Assembly (NCBI GenBank): GCA_018818755.1
Contig: JAHIRL010000148.1
Coordinates: 1-43,213 of the forward strand
Direction of reading: 5' to 3'
Source of the DNA: Patescibacteria group bacterium
GTDB taxonomy: Bacteria; Patescibacteriota; Gracilibacteria; UBA1369; LOWO2-01-FULL-3
Length of the DNA: 43,213 nucleotides
Positions 9,614 to 19,519 of this stretch are shown here, piece by piece (position 1 is the first letter of the stretch; the number at the start of each line of letters is the position of its first letter). The position numbers and the translations under genes are program-made. Under the pieces are notes generated by a model. The model was given only the letters and a program-made list of their open reading frames with translations. It was not told the DNA's origin and did no database searches.

Positions 9614-9650
9614 GCTTTTAGTTTAGTGCAACTTACTTTAAAATGGAAGT

Positions 9651-9986
9651 ATGAAAGGATCAGTAATAAAAGGTAATGGTGTGGGGACGAAGTTGGGTTT
9701 TCCCACTTTAAATATTGCTTACAATGGTGATGAGAGTGGTGTTTTTGTGGCAAAAGTTAATGGGAAGTATCCGGCTGTGGCACATGTGGGTGAGAGACCT
9801 ACCATTGGAGATAAAAAACAAACTTTGGAAGTGCATCTTTTGAACTTTGAAGGAGAGGATTTCCCGCAGACCATTGAGGTTGAGCTTTTGGAAAGGATTA
9901 GGGGGACTGTGCATTTTGGATCTTTAGAGGAGTTAAAAGCTCAAATTGCTCTCGATGTGCAATTTGCTAAAAATTGGTATACTTAA
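9651..9986 (+). CDS. riboflavin kinase domain protein (stand-alone, 111 aa)
   Basis: GVGTKLGFPTLNI, GVF, HVGERPT, LEVHLLNFEGEDF and IRGTVHFGSLEELKAQIALD match the C-terminal kinase half of RibF. There is no FAD-synthetase half. Confidence 0.85.
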   Translation: MKGSVIKGNGVGTKLGFPTLNIAYNGDESGVFVAKVNGKYPAVAHVGERPTIGDKKQTLEVHLLNFEGEDFPQTIEVELLERIRGTVHFGSLEELKAQIALDVQFAKNWYT

Positions 9987-9989
9987 ATC

Positions 9990-11342
9990 ATGCTAGATTT
10001 TTTTAGAAAAATAATTCCCGATACGCATCCGATAAGACTTTTTTATCATAAAGTTATGGCTGTGATTGCCGCTTTGGTTTATAGATATCCGGCCAATGAT
10101 CTTGTTGTTGTGGGAATTACGGGAACAAATGGGAAAACTACTACCGTAAATTACACGGCAAATATTTTGACTGCCGCCGGGTACAAGGTGGGGATGACTT
10201 CGACTATTAATTTTCAAATAGGTTCTCGTAAGTGGGAAAATAACATGAAGCAAACGACTCTCGGGCCTTTTAAATTGCAGAAACTTTTGAGGCAGATGGT
10301 GACTGAGGGGTGCAAATATGCAGTTTTGGAATTGTCGTCGCATTCTGCAACACAGTCCAGAATTCATGGAATCAACATAGATGTGGCGGCTTTCACCAAT
10401 ATTACTTCGGATCATATTGAGTATCATGGTAGTTTTAATAGTTATATATCCGCTAAGGCTGAGATATTCAAAAAAGTTAGTAAGGGAAATCGGAAATTCG
10501 GGGTTGATAGAGCCTTGGTTTTGAATAGAGATGATAAATATTTTGATTTTTTCAATCAACATGTTGCTGATCGAAAGATCAATTATGGAATGAAAGGAAA
10601 CGCTTCTGTGACTGCCAAAGATCTTGTGCGAAGGCCGGATGGTTCGCATTTTGTTCTTCATGTTCCAAACAATTCTATTGCGGTAGATTTAAAAATGCCC
10701 GGAGATTTTAATGTTTATAATGCCCTGACAGCCGCCAGTTGTGCGCTTGCTCTGAATATTGATTTGGAAAGTATAAAGAAAGGTCTTGAAGAAAGTACGG
10801 GGGTGGCTGGGCGATTTGAGACTGTTAAGAAGGGCCAGAAGTACGATATCATCGTGGACTATGCTCATGCAACTGATGCTTTGCAGAGTTTGCTGGAGCT
10901 TTATAAGGGTTTGGTTAGTGGGAAGATATTTTTGGTTTTTGGTGCTACCGGTGGTGGGCGAGATAAGGCTAAGCGGCCAAAGATGGGGGCTATTGCCGAT
11001 AAGTTTGCCGATTATATTGTGGTCACTAATGATGATCCGTATGAGGAGGATGAGTGGCAGATTATTGATCAGGTTTCTGAGGGGATAAATAGGGCACAGG
11101 GGGCTGGGTTTTGGAAGATTCCCGATAGGCGTGAGGCTATTCGTTTGGCTCTTACACTTGCGCGGGAGGGGGATTGTGTGATTGTGGCCGGCAAGGGGGC
11201 GGAAAAGGTAATGATGTTGCGTGGAAAACGAGTGGATTGGAATGATAAGCAGGTGATTGAGGAGTTTTTGACCAGGAAAATTGAGGTGGAGATTGGGTAT
11301 GAGCATTTTGAGGGGCGTGAAAATGTTTGTTTAAAATCTTAA
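9990..11342 (+). CDS. murE: Mur ligase, MurE-like (UDP-MurNAc-L-Ala-D-Glu: diamino acid ligase)
   Basis: GITGTNGKTTT P-loop, LELSSHS..QSR, FTNITSDHIEYHG, DYAHATDAL, GATGGGRDKAKRPKMG. DDPY occupies the place of the DNPR motif. Confidence 0.85.
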   Translation: MLDFFRKIIPDTHPIRLFYHKVMAVIAALVYRYPANDLVVVGITGTNGKTTTVNYTANILTAAGYKVGMTSTINFQIGSRKWENNMKQTTLGPFKLQKLLRQMVTEGCKYAVLELSSHSATQSRIHGINIDVAAFTNITSDHIEYHGSFNSYISAKAEIFKKVSKGNRKFGVDRALVLNRDDKYFDFFNQHVADRKINYGMKGNASVTAKDLVRRPDGSHFVLHVPNNSIAVDLKMPGDFNVYNALTAASCALALNIDLESIKKGLEESTGVAGRFETVKKGQKYDIIVDYAHATDALQSLLELYKGLVSGKIFLVFGATGGGRDKAKRPKMGAIADKFADYIVVTNDDPYEEDEWQIIDQVSEGINRAQGAGFWKIPDRREAIRLALTLAREGDCVIVAGKGAEKVMMLRGKRVDWNDKQVIEEFLTRKIEVEIGYEHFEGRENVCLKS

Positions 11343-11343
11343 A

Positions 11344-12198
11344 ATGGATGGATTTTTATTGATGAATAAGCCGCAGGGGATTAGTTCTTTTGATCTTGTT
11401 CGGGAAGTTAAGCGGCGGTTGGGGGAACGGAAGGTTGGGCATAGTGGGACTTTGGATCCGATGGCTGAGGGATTGATGATTATTGCTCTTGGTCAGGGGA
11501 CGAAGTTGCTGGAATATTTGATTGGTTTGGATAAGCGGTATTTTGTGAAGGCTAAATTTGGGATGATTTCTGACACTTTTGATGCAGAGGGAGAGATTGA
11601 AGAGATGAATCCTTCTGCGGTTTTTGAACGAGAGGAAGTTGAGAAAATTATTGCGGAGAAATTTTTAGGAAAAATTTCGCAAGTGCCGCCAAAATATAGC
11701 GCTTTGAAGGTTGGTGGGAAGCGGGCTTGTGATATTGTGCGGGCAGGTGGAGAAGTTTCGATGCAGGCGCGCGAGGTGCAGATTGATCGCTTTGAGTTAG
11801 TGGATTATTTGTGGCCTACGCTGAGTTTCGAGGTAGATTGTGGGAGTGGCACTTATATTCGATCTTTGATTCATGATTTGGGGCAGGTGCTGGGCTGTGG
11901 CGCTTATGTTATGGAGTTGAGGCGAGATAGGGTGGGAGATTGGATGCTTGGGGATGCTGTTTCTCTTGAGGATTTGAGGGAAGATGATTTGATTTGTTTG
12001 GAGGATTTTGCGAAGAAATTTGAGTGTTTGGATTTGGCTAAGGCGGATCTTGATGCGCTTAGTGATGGGCGAGTTTTGTTGGGCAAAAAAATTGAACAGG
12101 GTGGGGTGAAGATGGCTTTTTTTGAGGGAAAATTCCTTGGAGTTTTGGAGAGTAGTAGTGATCAGACTGGAATTAAGTTTAAAAAAATGATTGTGTAA
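11344..12198 (+). CDS. truB: tRNA pseudouridine(55) synthase
   Basis: GHSGTLDPMAEGL catalytic-Asp motif, QVPPKYSALKVGGKRA, GTYIRSL. Confidence 0.92.
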   Translation: MDGFLLMNKPQGISSFDLVREVKRRLGERKVGHSGTLDPMAEGLMIIALGQGTKLLEYLIGLDKRYFVKAKFGMISDTFDAEGEIEEMNPSAVFEREEVEKIIAEKFLGKISQVPPKYSALKVGGKRACDIVRAGGEVSMQAREVQIDRFELVDYLWPTLSFEVDCGSGTYIRSLIHDLGQVLGCGAYVMELRRDRVGDWMLGDAVSLEDLREDDLICLEDFAKKFECLDLAKADLDALSDGRVLLGKKIEQGGVKMAFFEGKFLGVLESSSDQTGIKFKKMIV

Positions 12199-12228
12199 AG
12201 GTGGGTTTTGGTGTAGAAATTATTCGCT

Positions 12229-13281
12229 ATGGAAATAATACAAATCGCTGCTACATATAGTGTTACTGCTCTTTCTATCTTTTTGATTTCGGTATTTTTT
12301 ACCGGCTTGGCAATTGTTTTTTTCCCAAAGATTGGTTTTTTGGATAGGCCGGAAAAATATAGCTTAAAAAGGGACCCGATCCCTTATTATGGGGGGCTTG
12401 CTATTTTTGCAGCTTTCCTGGTTTCGGTCTTGCTTTTTGTGCCTTTGAGTTGGGAAGTTGCTGGGCTTTTGTTTGCTTCTGCGATTATTGTGGGGCTTGG
12501 ATTCCTGGATGATAGGGAAGGGCTTAGTCCTTTTTTAAGGTTGAGTGTACAGTTTATCGCCGCTTTGGTTTTGGTGATTAGCGGAATTGGTATTTTGTCT
12601 GTGAATTTACCTTTTGTGGGTGTGCTGGATTTTTCCACAATAATTATTGGAGGAGTGATGGTGCTTAGCGCATTTTTTACAATTCTTTGGGTGATGACTA
12701 TCCTGAATGTGATGAATTTTCTTGATGGCGTTAGCGGTCTTAATAGTGGGGTTACTTTTGTGGCGGGGCTTACGCTTTTCTTTTTGAGCATTCATCCGGG
12801 GATTCATGAAAATCCGCAGTCTCAGGTTGCTGTGGCCAGTTTAGCTTTGGTCGTCTCTATGGTGGCTTTGGGCTTTTTGATTTTTGATTTTCCTAAGCCA
12901 AAGATTTTGATGGGTGATACCGGGAGTACATTTTTGGGTTTTATTCTAGCGGCTTTGGCGATTTTTTCCGGTGGAAAGGTGGCGACTGCTTTTATTGTTT
13001 TAGGTGTGCCGATTTTGGATATGATCTGGGTTGTTGTGCGTAGGATTATCAATGGACAGCCGTTTTGGAAGGGAGATTTGAAGCATCTTCATCATCGATT
13101 TTTGGAAATAGGTTTTAGGGAGGATAAGGTTGTGTGGATGTATTTAGGATTATCCGCTGTGTTTGGACTTTTTGCGATATTGCTTGTAAGTAGTTTGCAG
13201 AAGTTTTTTGTGATTATTGCTCTTCTTATTTTAATGCTCATTTTGGGTGCTCTTTTGGTATTTATGCCGAAGAAAAAATGA
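12229..13281 (+). CDS. polyprenyl-phosphate N-acetylhexosamine-1-phosphate transferase (MraY/WecA/TagO family)
   Basis: Polytopic 350-aa protein with NFLDGVSGL, MGDTGSTFLGF and a KHLHHRFLE (WecA/TagO-like HHR) motif. Confidence 0.8.
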   Translation: MEIIQIAATYSVTALSIFLISVFFTGLAIVFFPKIGFLDRPEKYSLKRDPIPYYGGLAIFAAFLVSVLLFVPLSWEVAGLLFASAIIVGLGFLDDREGLSPFLRLSVQFIAALVLVISGIGILSVNLPFVGVLDFSTIIIGGVMVLSAFFTILWVMTILNVMNFLDGVSGLNSGVTFVAGLTLFFLSIHPGIHENPQSQVAVASLALVVSMVALGFLIFDFPKPKILMGDTGSTFLGFILAALAIFSGGKVATAFIVLGVPILDMIWVVVRRIINGQPFWKGDLKHLHHRFLEIGFREDKVVWMYLGLSAVFGLFAILLVSSLQKFFVIIALLILMLILGALLVFMPKKK

Positions 13282-13296
13282 TAAACTGTTTTTACT

Positions 13297-15057
13297 ATGG
13301 CTGATCTTGTTGATGAAATAAAGGCTAAGCTTGATGTTGTTGCTGTAATCTCTCAGTACCTTCCTCTAAAAAAGGCCGGTGCAAATTATAAAGCACTGTC
13401 TCCTTTTACTAGTGAGAAGACTCCCAGCTTTATGGTCAGTCCTCAAAAGCAGATTTGGCATTGTTTTAGTACAGGTAAGGGGGGAGATATTTTTACTTTT
13501 ATTGAAGAGTTGGAGGGAGTGAATTTTGCCGAGGCTTTGCAGATTTTGGCGGACAGGGCTGGGCTTAAAATGGATGATTATCGTAAAAAGAATAATGTTG
13601 CCAATAAGAGTGAGAAGGATGAGTATTTTAAGGCTCATGAGTTGGCGGCGGAATTCTTTGAAAAACAGTTGTATTCGACCAATGATGGGAAAAAGGTTTT
13701 GGAATATTTGCACCGTAGAGGGCTTGATGATGAGATTTTGAAGGAGTTTAGGGTGGGATTTGCTCCCGACAGATACGATGTTTTGAATCCAATGCTTTTG
13801 GATAAGGGCATAAGCAAGACGGTTTTGTTGCAATCTGGTTTAGCATCAACAAAAAACATTGGTGATGAAAGAATCTACGACAAATTTAGGGGCCGTTTAA
13901 TGTTTCCAATTTTTGATTATTTTGGACGAATTTGTGGTTTTGGAGGAAGAGCTTTGAATAAGGATCAGATGCCGAAATATTTAAACTCCGCGGAAAATCT
14001 GATTTATAATAAAAGTAAGGTTTTATATGGATTGTCCCATGCGAAACTGGCTATCAAAGAGCAGAAAAGTGTTGTTTTGGTTGAGGGCTATTTTGATGTC
14101 TTGGTTCCCTATCAAAATGGTATAAAAAATGTGGTGGCTACGAGTGGAACTGCTTTAACGCAGGATCATGTTCGCTTGATAAAACGATTAACAGAAAATG
14201 TTTACACTTCTTTTGATACGGATGAAGCTGGGTTTAAGGCAACGCGCAGGGCTTTTGATCTTTTGATCGGACAGGATATTTCTGTAAAAACTTTGGCTGG
14301 GCTTGATGAAAAAGATCCGGCGGATTATGTGCTCGAACATGGGGGTGAGGCTTATAAAAAGTGCGTAGATGAGGCGATTGATTTTGTTGATTTTTATATA
14401 GGGTCCTTGGCCAAGAAGCATGATGTGGCAACTTTTAGTGGGCGTAAATTTTTAATGGATGAGGTTTTGCCTATATTAAAGCCTCTTTCTGATGCTAAGA
14501 GGATGATTTATGTGGATAAATTAGCTTCTGTTTTGGGGATAAAATCGGACTTATTGTTTAGTGAATTGCAAAATTTGAAGCTTCCTAACGATCATCCTGC
14601 TCGTCAGACTGATGATAATGCTGTTATTTCGGCTAAAAAATTAGATTTGGATGAGATAGCTTTGGGGATTGTTTTGTATAGGCCGGATTTGTTTGAGGGT
14701 TTGCTTGAATTTTTGAATGAAAAGGATTTTTCACAGGAGTATAAAGGTATTTACAAGGAGTTGACTGCTCAGTATAATTTGGCTCGAGAAAATTTGCAGG
14801 CTTGGAATTTTGAAAAAGGTGTTTTGGCCGATAATAAGGCCAAACTTGATGTTCTTAGTTTGTATGCAGAAGATAGGTATTCGCTGTTCACAAGTGAAAT
14901 ACTTAAAGAAGAGCTAGAAAAACTGGTTGACAAGATGCGAAAAAATCGTAAAACACAAACGCTTAAGGGTATACAGTCCGAGATAAAAATGGCCGAAGAG
15001 CAAGGTGATATGGAGAAAGTGAAATTACTGCAAATGCAGTATCTCGAAAATTTTTAA
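13297..15057 (+). CDS. dnaG: DNA primase
   Basis: [13 protein letters not shown]...[10 protein letters not shown] (zinc-ribbon region, ligands degenerate), RLMFPI, TOPRIM motifs VLVEGYFDV and DTDEAG. Classic dnaG-rpoD linkage. Confidence 0.92.
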   Translation: MADLVDEIKAKLDVVAVISQYLPLKKAGANYKALSPFTSEKTPSFMVSPQKQIWHCFSTGKGGDIFTFIEELEGVNFAEALQILADRAGLKMDDYRKKNNVANKSEKDEYFKAHELAAEFFEKQLYSTNDGKKVLEYLHRRGLDDEILKEFRVGFAPDRYDVLNPMLLDKGISKTVLLQSGLASTKNIGDERIYDKFRGRLMFPIFDYFGRICGFGGRALNKDQMPKYLNSAENLIYNKSKVLYGLSHAKLAIKEQKSVVLVEGYFDVLVPYQNGIKNVVATSGTALTQDHVRLIKRLTENVYTSFDTDEAGFKATRRAFDLLIGQDISVKTLAGLDEKDPADYVLEHGGEAYKKCVDEAIDFVDFYIGSLAKKHDVATFSGRKFLMDEVLPILKPLSDAKRMIYVDKLASVLGIKSDLLFSELQNLKLPNDHPARQTDDNAVISAKKLDLDEIALGIVLYRPDLFEGLLEFLNEKDFSQEYKGIYKELTAQYNLARENLQAWNFEKGVLADNKAKLDVLSLYAEDRYSLFTSEILKEELEKLVDKMRKNRKTQTLKGIQSEIKMAEEQGDMEKVKLLQMQYLENF

Positions 15058-15068
15058 AAAAAACTACT

Positions 15069-16244
15069 ATGGCACGAACTGCGAAATTTATTACAAACCC
15101 AACCGATGATCAGTTGGCAAAGTTTCCAAAGCAGGTGCGGGAATTGGTTGAAAAAGGGCAAAAACAGGGTTTTTTAACACAGGAAGAATTGCTTAAGGCT
15201 ATGCCCAACATTGAGGAGGATTTGCTTCTCTTGGATGAGATTTATAGTCTTTTTATGGATTTGGGCATTGAAGTTATTGATACAAAGGATACGCTTTTGT
15301 TGGATGATAGTGCTTCTAATGCGGGGGCTGATGATGATGGCGATGGAAAGACGAGCTATATTAAGTTTGACCCCAAAGCGAAAAAGGCAAAGAAAGCACG
15401 AGATGAGGCTGAATTTAAGGAAATTGCCAATGATTCTATTCGATTATACTTGTGTGAGATTGGTCGAGAAAAGCTTTTAACTGCCAAGGAGGAGGTTGAT
15501 CTTGCGCGAAGAATTGCAAAAGGAGATCAAGCTGCCAAGAGAAAGCTTGCTGAAGCTAATCTAAGGCTGGTTGTGAGTATTGCAAAAAAATATATAGGTC
15601 GAGGCCTTTCTTTTTTGGATTTGATTCAGGAGGGGAATATTGGCTTGTTTAGGGCGGTTGAAAAATTTGATCCAAATAGAGGTTTTAAGTTCTCAACATA
15701 TGCTACTTGGTGGATTCGTCAGGCTATTACTCGGGCTATTGCAGATCAAGCCAGAACGATTCGTATCCCGGTGCACATGGTTGAGACGATCAATAAGCTC
15801 ACTCATGCGCAGAGACGGCTTGTTCAGGAGCTTGGGCGTGAGCCACTCGTGGAGGAACTTGCTGCTGAAATGGATATGGAAGTTAAGAAGGTGCGTCATA
15901 TTTTAAAAATTTCACAAGATATTGTTTCTCTTGAGGCTCCGGTTGGAACTGAGGAGGATAGCAAGCTTGGCGATTTTATTGAGGATGATGAAGCTCTTTC
16001 ACCTGCGGAATCTACTAATAGACAGTTATTAAAAGAAAATATTCATGAAATGCTTCAATATCTTTCTCCTCGTGAGAGAAAAATTATTGAAATGCGTTTT
16101 GGTTTGACTGATGGTGTTGGTCATACGCTGGAGGAGGTTGGACAGGAGTTTAATGTCACTCGTGAGCGTATTCGCCAGATTGAGGCTAAGGTTTTACAGA
16201 AACTCAAGGAGCATCCCACAAGTGTTAAAATACGGCCTAATTAA
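15069..16244 (+). CDS. rpoD: primary RNA polymerase sigma factor (sigma70 family)
   Basis: Region 1.2, 2, 3 and 4 motifs: [67 protein letters not shown]. Confidence 0.95.
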   Translation: MARTAKFITNPTDDQLAKFPKQVRELVEKGQKQGFLTQEELLKAMPNIEEDLLLLDEIYSLFMDLGIEVIDTKDTLLLDDSASNAGADDDGDGKTSYIKFDPKAKKAKKARDEAEFKEIANDSIRLYLCEIGREKLLTAKEEVDLARRIAKGDQAAKRKLAEANLRLVVSIAKKYIGRGLSFLDLIQEGNIGLFRAVEKFDPNRGFKFSTYATWWIRQAITRAIADQARTIRIPVHMVETINKLTHAQRRLVQELGREPLVEELAAEMDMEVKKVRHILKISQDIVSLEAPVGTEEDSKLGDFIEDDEALSPAESTNRQLLKENIHEMLQYLSPRERKIIEMRFGLTDGVGHTLEEVGQEFNVTRERIRQIEAKVLQKLKEHPTSVKIRPN

Positions 16245-16267
16245 TATTATTTAAATTTACAAATATC

Positions 16268-16828
16268 ATGACTAAAAAAACTGCGAAGCCTAAAAAAACT
16301 CAAAAAAAAGATGATAAAAAAAGTGTTGATCATGATGAGTTCTTTATTGAGGAAGGGAAAAAAGCAACTTTGGTTACTAAGGAAGGTTTGGAGAGGCTTA
16401 AAGAGGAGCTTGAACTTTTAAAAAGTACTCGGCGTAAGGAGGTTGCGGCTAGAATTAAAGAAGCGATTTCTTATGGTGATCTTTCAGAGAACTCTGAATA
16501 TGAGGAAGCAAAGAATGAACAAGCTTTCGTGGAGGGAAGAATTTTGGAGCTTGAGGAAAAGGTTAAAACTGCAAAGATTATTTCTGGAAAGACAACAGTG
16601 AAAACTGTTCAACTTGGGAGTGAGGTTCATTTAAAAAATCTTACCAGAAAAGATGACGAACTTGAGGTTTACACGATTGTTGGTAGTGAAGAGGCCGATC
16701 CTTTTTCAGGTAAAATCTCTAATGAATCGCCGGTTGGTAGTGCTCTTTTGGATAAGGCAAAAGATGACAAAATAAAAGTCCATGTACCTTCAGGTGTAGT
16801 GGAGTATAAGATAGAAAAGCTGGTTTAA
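16268..16828 (+). CDS. greA: transcription elongation factor GreA with a ~35-aa Lys-rich N-terminal extension
   Basis: LKEELELL...RRKEVAARIKEAISYGDLSENSEYEEAK is the GreA coiled-coil signature. The C-terminal domain ends ...SNESPVGSALL. Confidence 0.9.
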   Translation: MTKKTAKPKKTQKKDDKKSVDHDEFFIEEGKKATLVTKEGLERLKEELELLKSTRRKEVAARIKEAISYGDLSENSEYEEAKNEQAFVEGRILELEEKVKTAKIISGKTTVKTVQLGSEVHLKNLTRKDDELEVYTIVGSEEADPFSGKISNESPVGSALLDKAKDDKIKVHVPSGVVEYKIEKLV

Positions 16829-16844
16829 TAACTGCTTTAGCGGG

Positions 16845-17273
16845 TTATTTTCTCTTCTTTTTATTCGGTAGATATTTGTTTTCCTGTTGTTTTGGTGTGA
16901 ATCTTAGCTTGGCGTTCTCTTTTTCTTTTGGATATTTAGTGCGGAAAATTTTGATATATCTATAAACTTGGTAGATAAAAATTGCGAAAACGGTGTAGAG
17001 CCAGAGTCTCATTGCAAAATAGGGGATATTTTCGTAGCGGATTAGTGCTAAAACAATAAAAAATCCACCAAAAATGTATGCGTTTTTGCTGAGGTTTTTA
17101 AATAGGCGTTTGAATGCGAAATCTGTTTTCTTTTTGTGATTGTAAAAATAGGAAAACCCTAAACCTCCAATGATTAAGATTGTGGCTAGGATACTTAAGG
17201 GGATGTAGTAACTAAAGTCTGAGCCTGGTGTGGAATCTATGAGTTTTGAGAGGAACTGTTTTATTACTTCCAT
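16845..17273 (-). CDS. small membrane protein, hypothetical
   Basis: 142-aa ORF with 3 hydrophobic segments and a basic C-terminus. It lies in a tightly spaced co-directional string, 6 nt after lgt. Confidence 0.6.
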   Translation of the reverse strand: MEVIKQFLSKLIDSTPGSDFSYYIPLSILATILIIGGLGFSYFYNHKKKTDFAFKRLFKNLSKNAYIFGGFFIVLALIRYENIPYFAMRLWLYTVFAIFIYQVYRYIKIFRTKYPKEKENAKLRFTPKQQENKYLPNKKKRK

Positions 17274-17279
17274 ATGGGT

Positions 17280-18083
17280 TTAGTTAGATTTTTTCTGGGG
17301 TTTCTTTGTGCGCTTATTATATAGTAAAAATATAAATACTCCAGAGATTATTGCAAGTAGTGGGAAGAAAATTTGAGATATTCTGATACCTAGAATAGTC
17401 CAGGTATCATCTCCGCGGGTACATTCTTCCAGGAATTTTAAAATACTGTAAATGGATATTGTTGAGAGGCCTAAGAGTCCGTTAAAGTTTAGTTGATTGA
17501 ATTTTTTGCTGTCTTGAAAAAGAAAAATTGCTATTACTAATAATCCTGAATAAAGAAAACTATATATTTGGCTGGGGTGGATGGGAACTGTGTATTTTAT
17601 TGCTGGGCTTTCAAAGTTTACTCCCCAGGGCAGAGAAGTTTCATTTCCGTAGGCGGTTCCATCAAAAAAAGAACCGAGCGCGATGATTCCAAATGTTACT
17701 ACTAGGATGGGTGCAAGGAGATCCAGCCATTTTAGGAAGCTCTGTTCTGTTTTTTTGCATTTCCAAAATAAATAGACTATGAAACAAATAACACCGATCC
17801 AAATGTTGTATCCTTTATCCCAGAGAAAAAATACTTGCATTAAGTCGTTGAGTTGAAAAGTGGAAAAATATGTGTGGTAGTTTTCGATTATTCCTCCGAT
17901 TCTTGCTCCCAAAAAAGCTACCAGAAAGAATTTCCAGAAGTTTTGGCTGAAAAAATTTATTTTTAGTCCTTGTTTCGGGGCAAATTTGATCAATAAAAAT
18001 GTTGCTGTAAGGATGGCAAAAATGAAAAATACCCAGAATGTATTGATCGTAAAATAATTTGTTTGGAGAAGTACGGGGTGCAT
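17280..18083 (-). CDS. lgt: prolipoprotein diacylglyceryl transferase
   Basis: Polytopic 267-aa protein with GARIGGI and HPSQIYSFLY (Lgt HPxQLYE-type motif). Confidence 0.75.
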   Translation of the reverse strand: MHPVLLQTNYFTINTFWVFFIFAILTATFLLIKFAPKQGLKINFFSQNFWKFFLVAFLGARIGGIIENYHTYFSTFQLNDLMQVFFLWDKGYNIWIGVICFIVYLFWKCKKTEQSFLKWLDLLAPILVVTFGIIALGSFFDGTAYGNETSLPWGVNFESPAIKYTVPIHPSQIYSFLYSGLLVIAIFLFQDSKKFNQLNFNGLLGLSTISIYSILKFLEECTRGDDTWTILGIRISQIFFPLLAIISGVFIFLLYNKRTKKPQKKSN

Positions 18084-18085
18084 AT

Positions 18086-19480
18086 TTAGGTGTTAAGCAG
18101 GCTAATTATACTTGCTATTAAAAAAAATGGTATAAGGATTAGGTTTGCTGTGTTGCTGTTTTTGAAAAAATTTATTTTTAGTGATGTTGTGATGTGTAGT
18201 AAAAAGATGAAACTGAGTGCATATTTGAAGATGTGGCTTTCGTAGAAATAGAATCCTTTAGGAATACTTCCCAGGTCAAAGTTTTTGCTTGTGAGGTAAA
18301 TGGAGAGGAAATAGTAAAAAATGTAAAAGCCGAGCAGCCATCCGGAAAAGTGACAAATTTCTTTTGTAATTGAGAAAAATACGCTTTCTTCATTTTGAAT
18401 ATCTTCCTCAATTGTTTTTAGTTTTCTTTCTTTTTTGAAATTTTTTAATTTTTGAATTGAAGATTTGCGCATCTTCCAAATAGTTGAGATGGAGCGTTTT
18501 ATTTTGTCTTTATATTCTTTTGTTGGTTCTTTGAAATAGAGCATTGCAAATTGCCATAATTGCTTATTGTAAGTGCTGATCTCTTCTTTCATATAGCTTA
18601 TTTCCAAGGGAGTGGTGAAATAGTCCTTTAATTTTTCAGATAGGTTGCGGAGTTTTTTTACAAAAAAGCTTGGTTCTTTGAGGGTTTGATCCAGGTTGTC
18701 CAGGCGGTCGGTCAGTCGTTCAAAAAGTCCTGTGATTTTGTTTTGTTTCTTGGATTGTCCTCTTTTTAGTGAATCCAGGAGGTCTGAAGTTTGAATTGTT
18801 AGTTTTATTTGCTTGTTGCGTAGGCCCTTTTTTTGAAATTCTTTTTCTTGTGATTGAATGTATTTTAGGAGATCTTCTGCAGAATTGAGGATGTGGGCTA
18901 AGTTTGAGCTGTTTTTTATACGAAGTATTTGATTGATTCTCTTGTTTATTTCGGTTTTTTGGGCATTATTGAAGGATTTATCGTGTTCTTGTAAAATTTC
19001 ATTCACTTTTTTAAGGACATACTCAACCTTTGTTTGAACAATTTGGGCTTCTTTTTTATCTTGGAGCTTTCTTAGGTCATTCTTCGATTTTTCAAGATCT
19101 TCTTTTCTTTCGAATTGTTCTTTGAAATCTTCTACGCCGTTTTTTCTGGCTTTCTCGATTTCTTCTTTTGTAGCACCCTCTTTCCAGATTGCTGTAACCA
19201 TCAAGTTGTATTCTTTTTGTAGGCGATCAAAAGCTTTTTGTGAATCTTGCGCGGGAATTGTGCCACTAACAAATTGTGACCTTTTGTCGTATGCTTCAAA
19301 AACAAATTTCGGTAATTGGTTTTTACTTTCCGTTTCAGAGGGTTGAACTTCCATTAAGCTCAAAACGGAGAAGTTAAGGTTGTTTAACTCGTTTCTTGCT
19401 GTTGTTTCATTAGGGGCTTCAACAACACCGTTTAGCTTTTTACCTTCCTTATTGGCTACGGTGTATTTATATGTTGGCAT
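18086..19480 (-). CDS. membrane protein with two GspF/PilC-type N-terminal modules, a coiled-coil middle and 3 C-terminal TM segments
   Basis: MPTYKYTVANKEGKKLNGVVEAPNETTARNELNNLNFSVLSLMEV matches the M-x-F-x-Y-x-A-x-D-x-x-G-K start of T2SS/T4P platform proteins. A second copy is FVFEAYDKRSQFVSGTIPAQDSQKAFDRLQKEYNLMVTAI. The rest does not resemble canonical T2SSF domains. Confidence 0.6.
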   Translation of the reverse strand: MPTYKYTVANKEGKKLNGVVEAPNETTARNELNNLNFSVLSLMEVQPSETESKNQLPKFVFEAYDKRSQFVSGTIPAQDSQKAFDRLQKEYNLMVTAIWKEGATKEEIEKARKNGVEDFKEQFERKEDLEKSKNDLRKLQDKKEAQIVQTKVEYVLKKVNEILQEHDKSFNNAQKTEINKRINQILRIKNSSNLAHILNSAEDLLKYIQSQEKEFQKKGLRNKQIKLTIQTSDLLDSLKRGQSKKQNKITGLFERLTDRLDNLDQTLKEPSFFVKKLRNLSEKLKDYFTTPLEISYMKEEISTYNKQLWQFAMLYFKEPTKEYKDKIKRSISTIWKMRKSSIQKLKNFKKERKLKTIEEDIQNEESVFFSITKEICHFSGWLLGFYIFYYFLSIYLTSKNFDLGSIPKGFYFYESHIFKYALSFIFLLHITTSLKINFFKNSNTANLILIPFFLIASIISLLNT

Positions 19481-19519
19481 TGGGCGGAAGTGAGGTTCTA
19501 TAGGTCCGTCCCTATTTTA

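Noticed and set aside
9993-11306. Two long minus-strand ORFs (222 aa and 205 aa) opposite murE.
   Set aside because: They are fully antisense to a gene with unambiguous Mur-ligase motifs. Their products are I/S/N/H-rich with no motifs, which is typical of shadow ORFs in a compositionally skewed, low-GC sequence.
16827-16849. The AATAAC...GTTATT inverted repeat between greA and the convergent membrane gene as a bidirectional terminator.
   Set aside because: It has only a 6-bp A/T-rich stem with an 11-nt loop, overlaps both stop codons and has no flanking U-tract. That is too weak to call.
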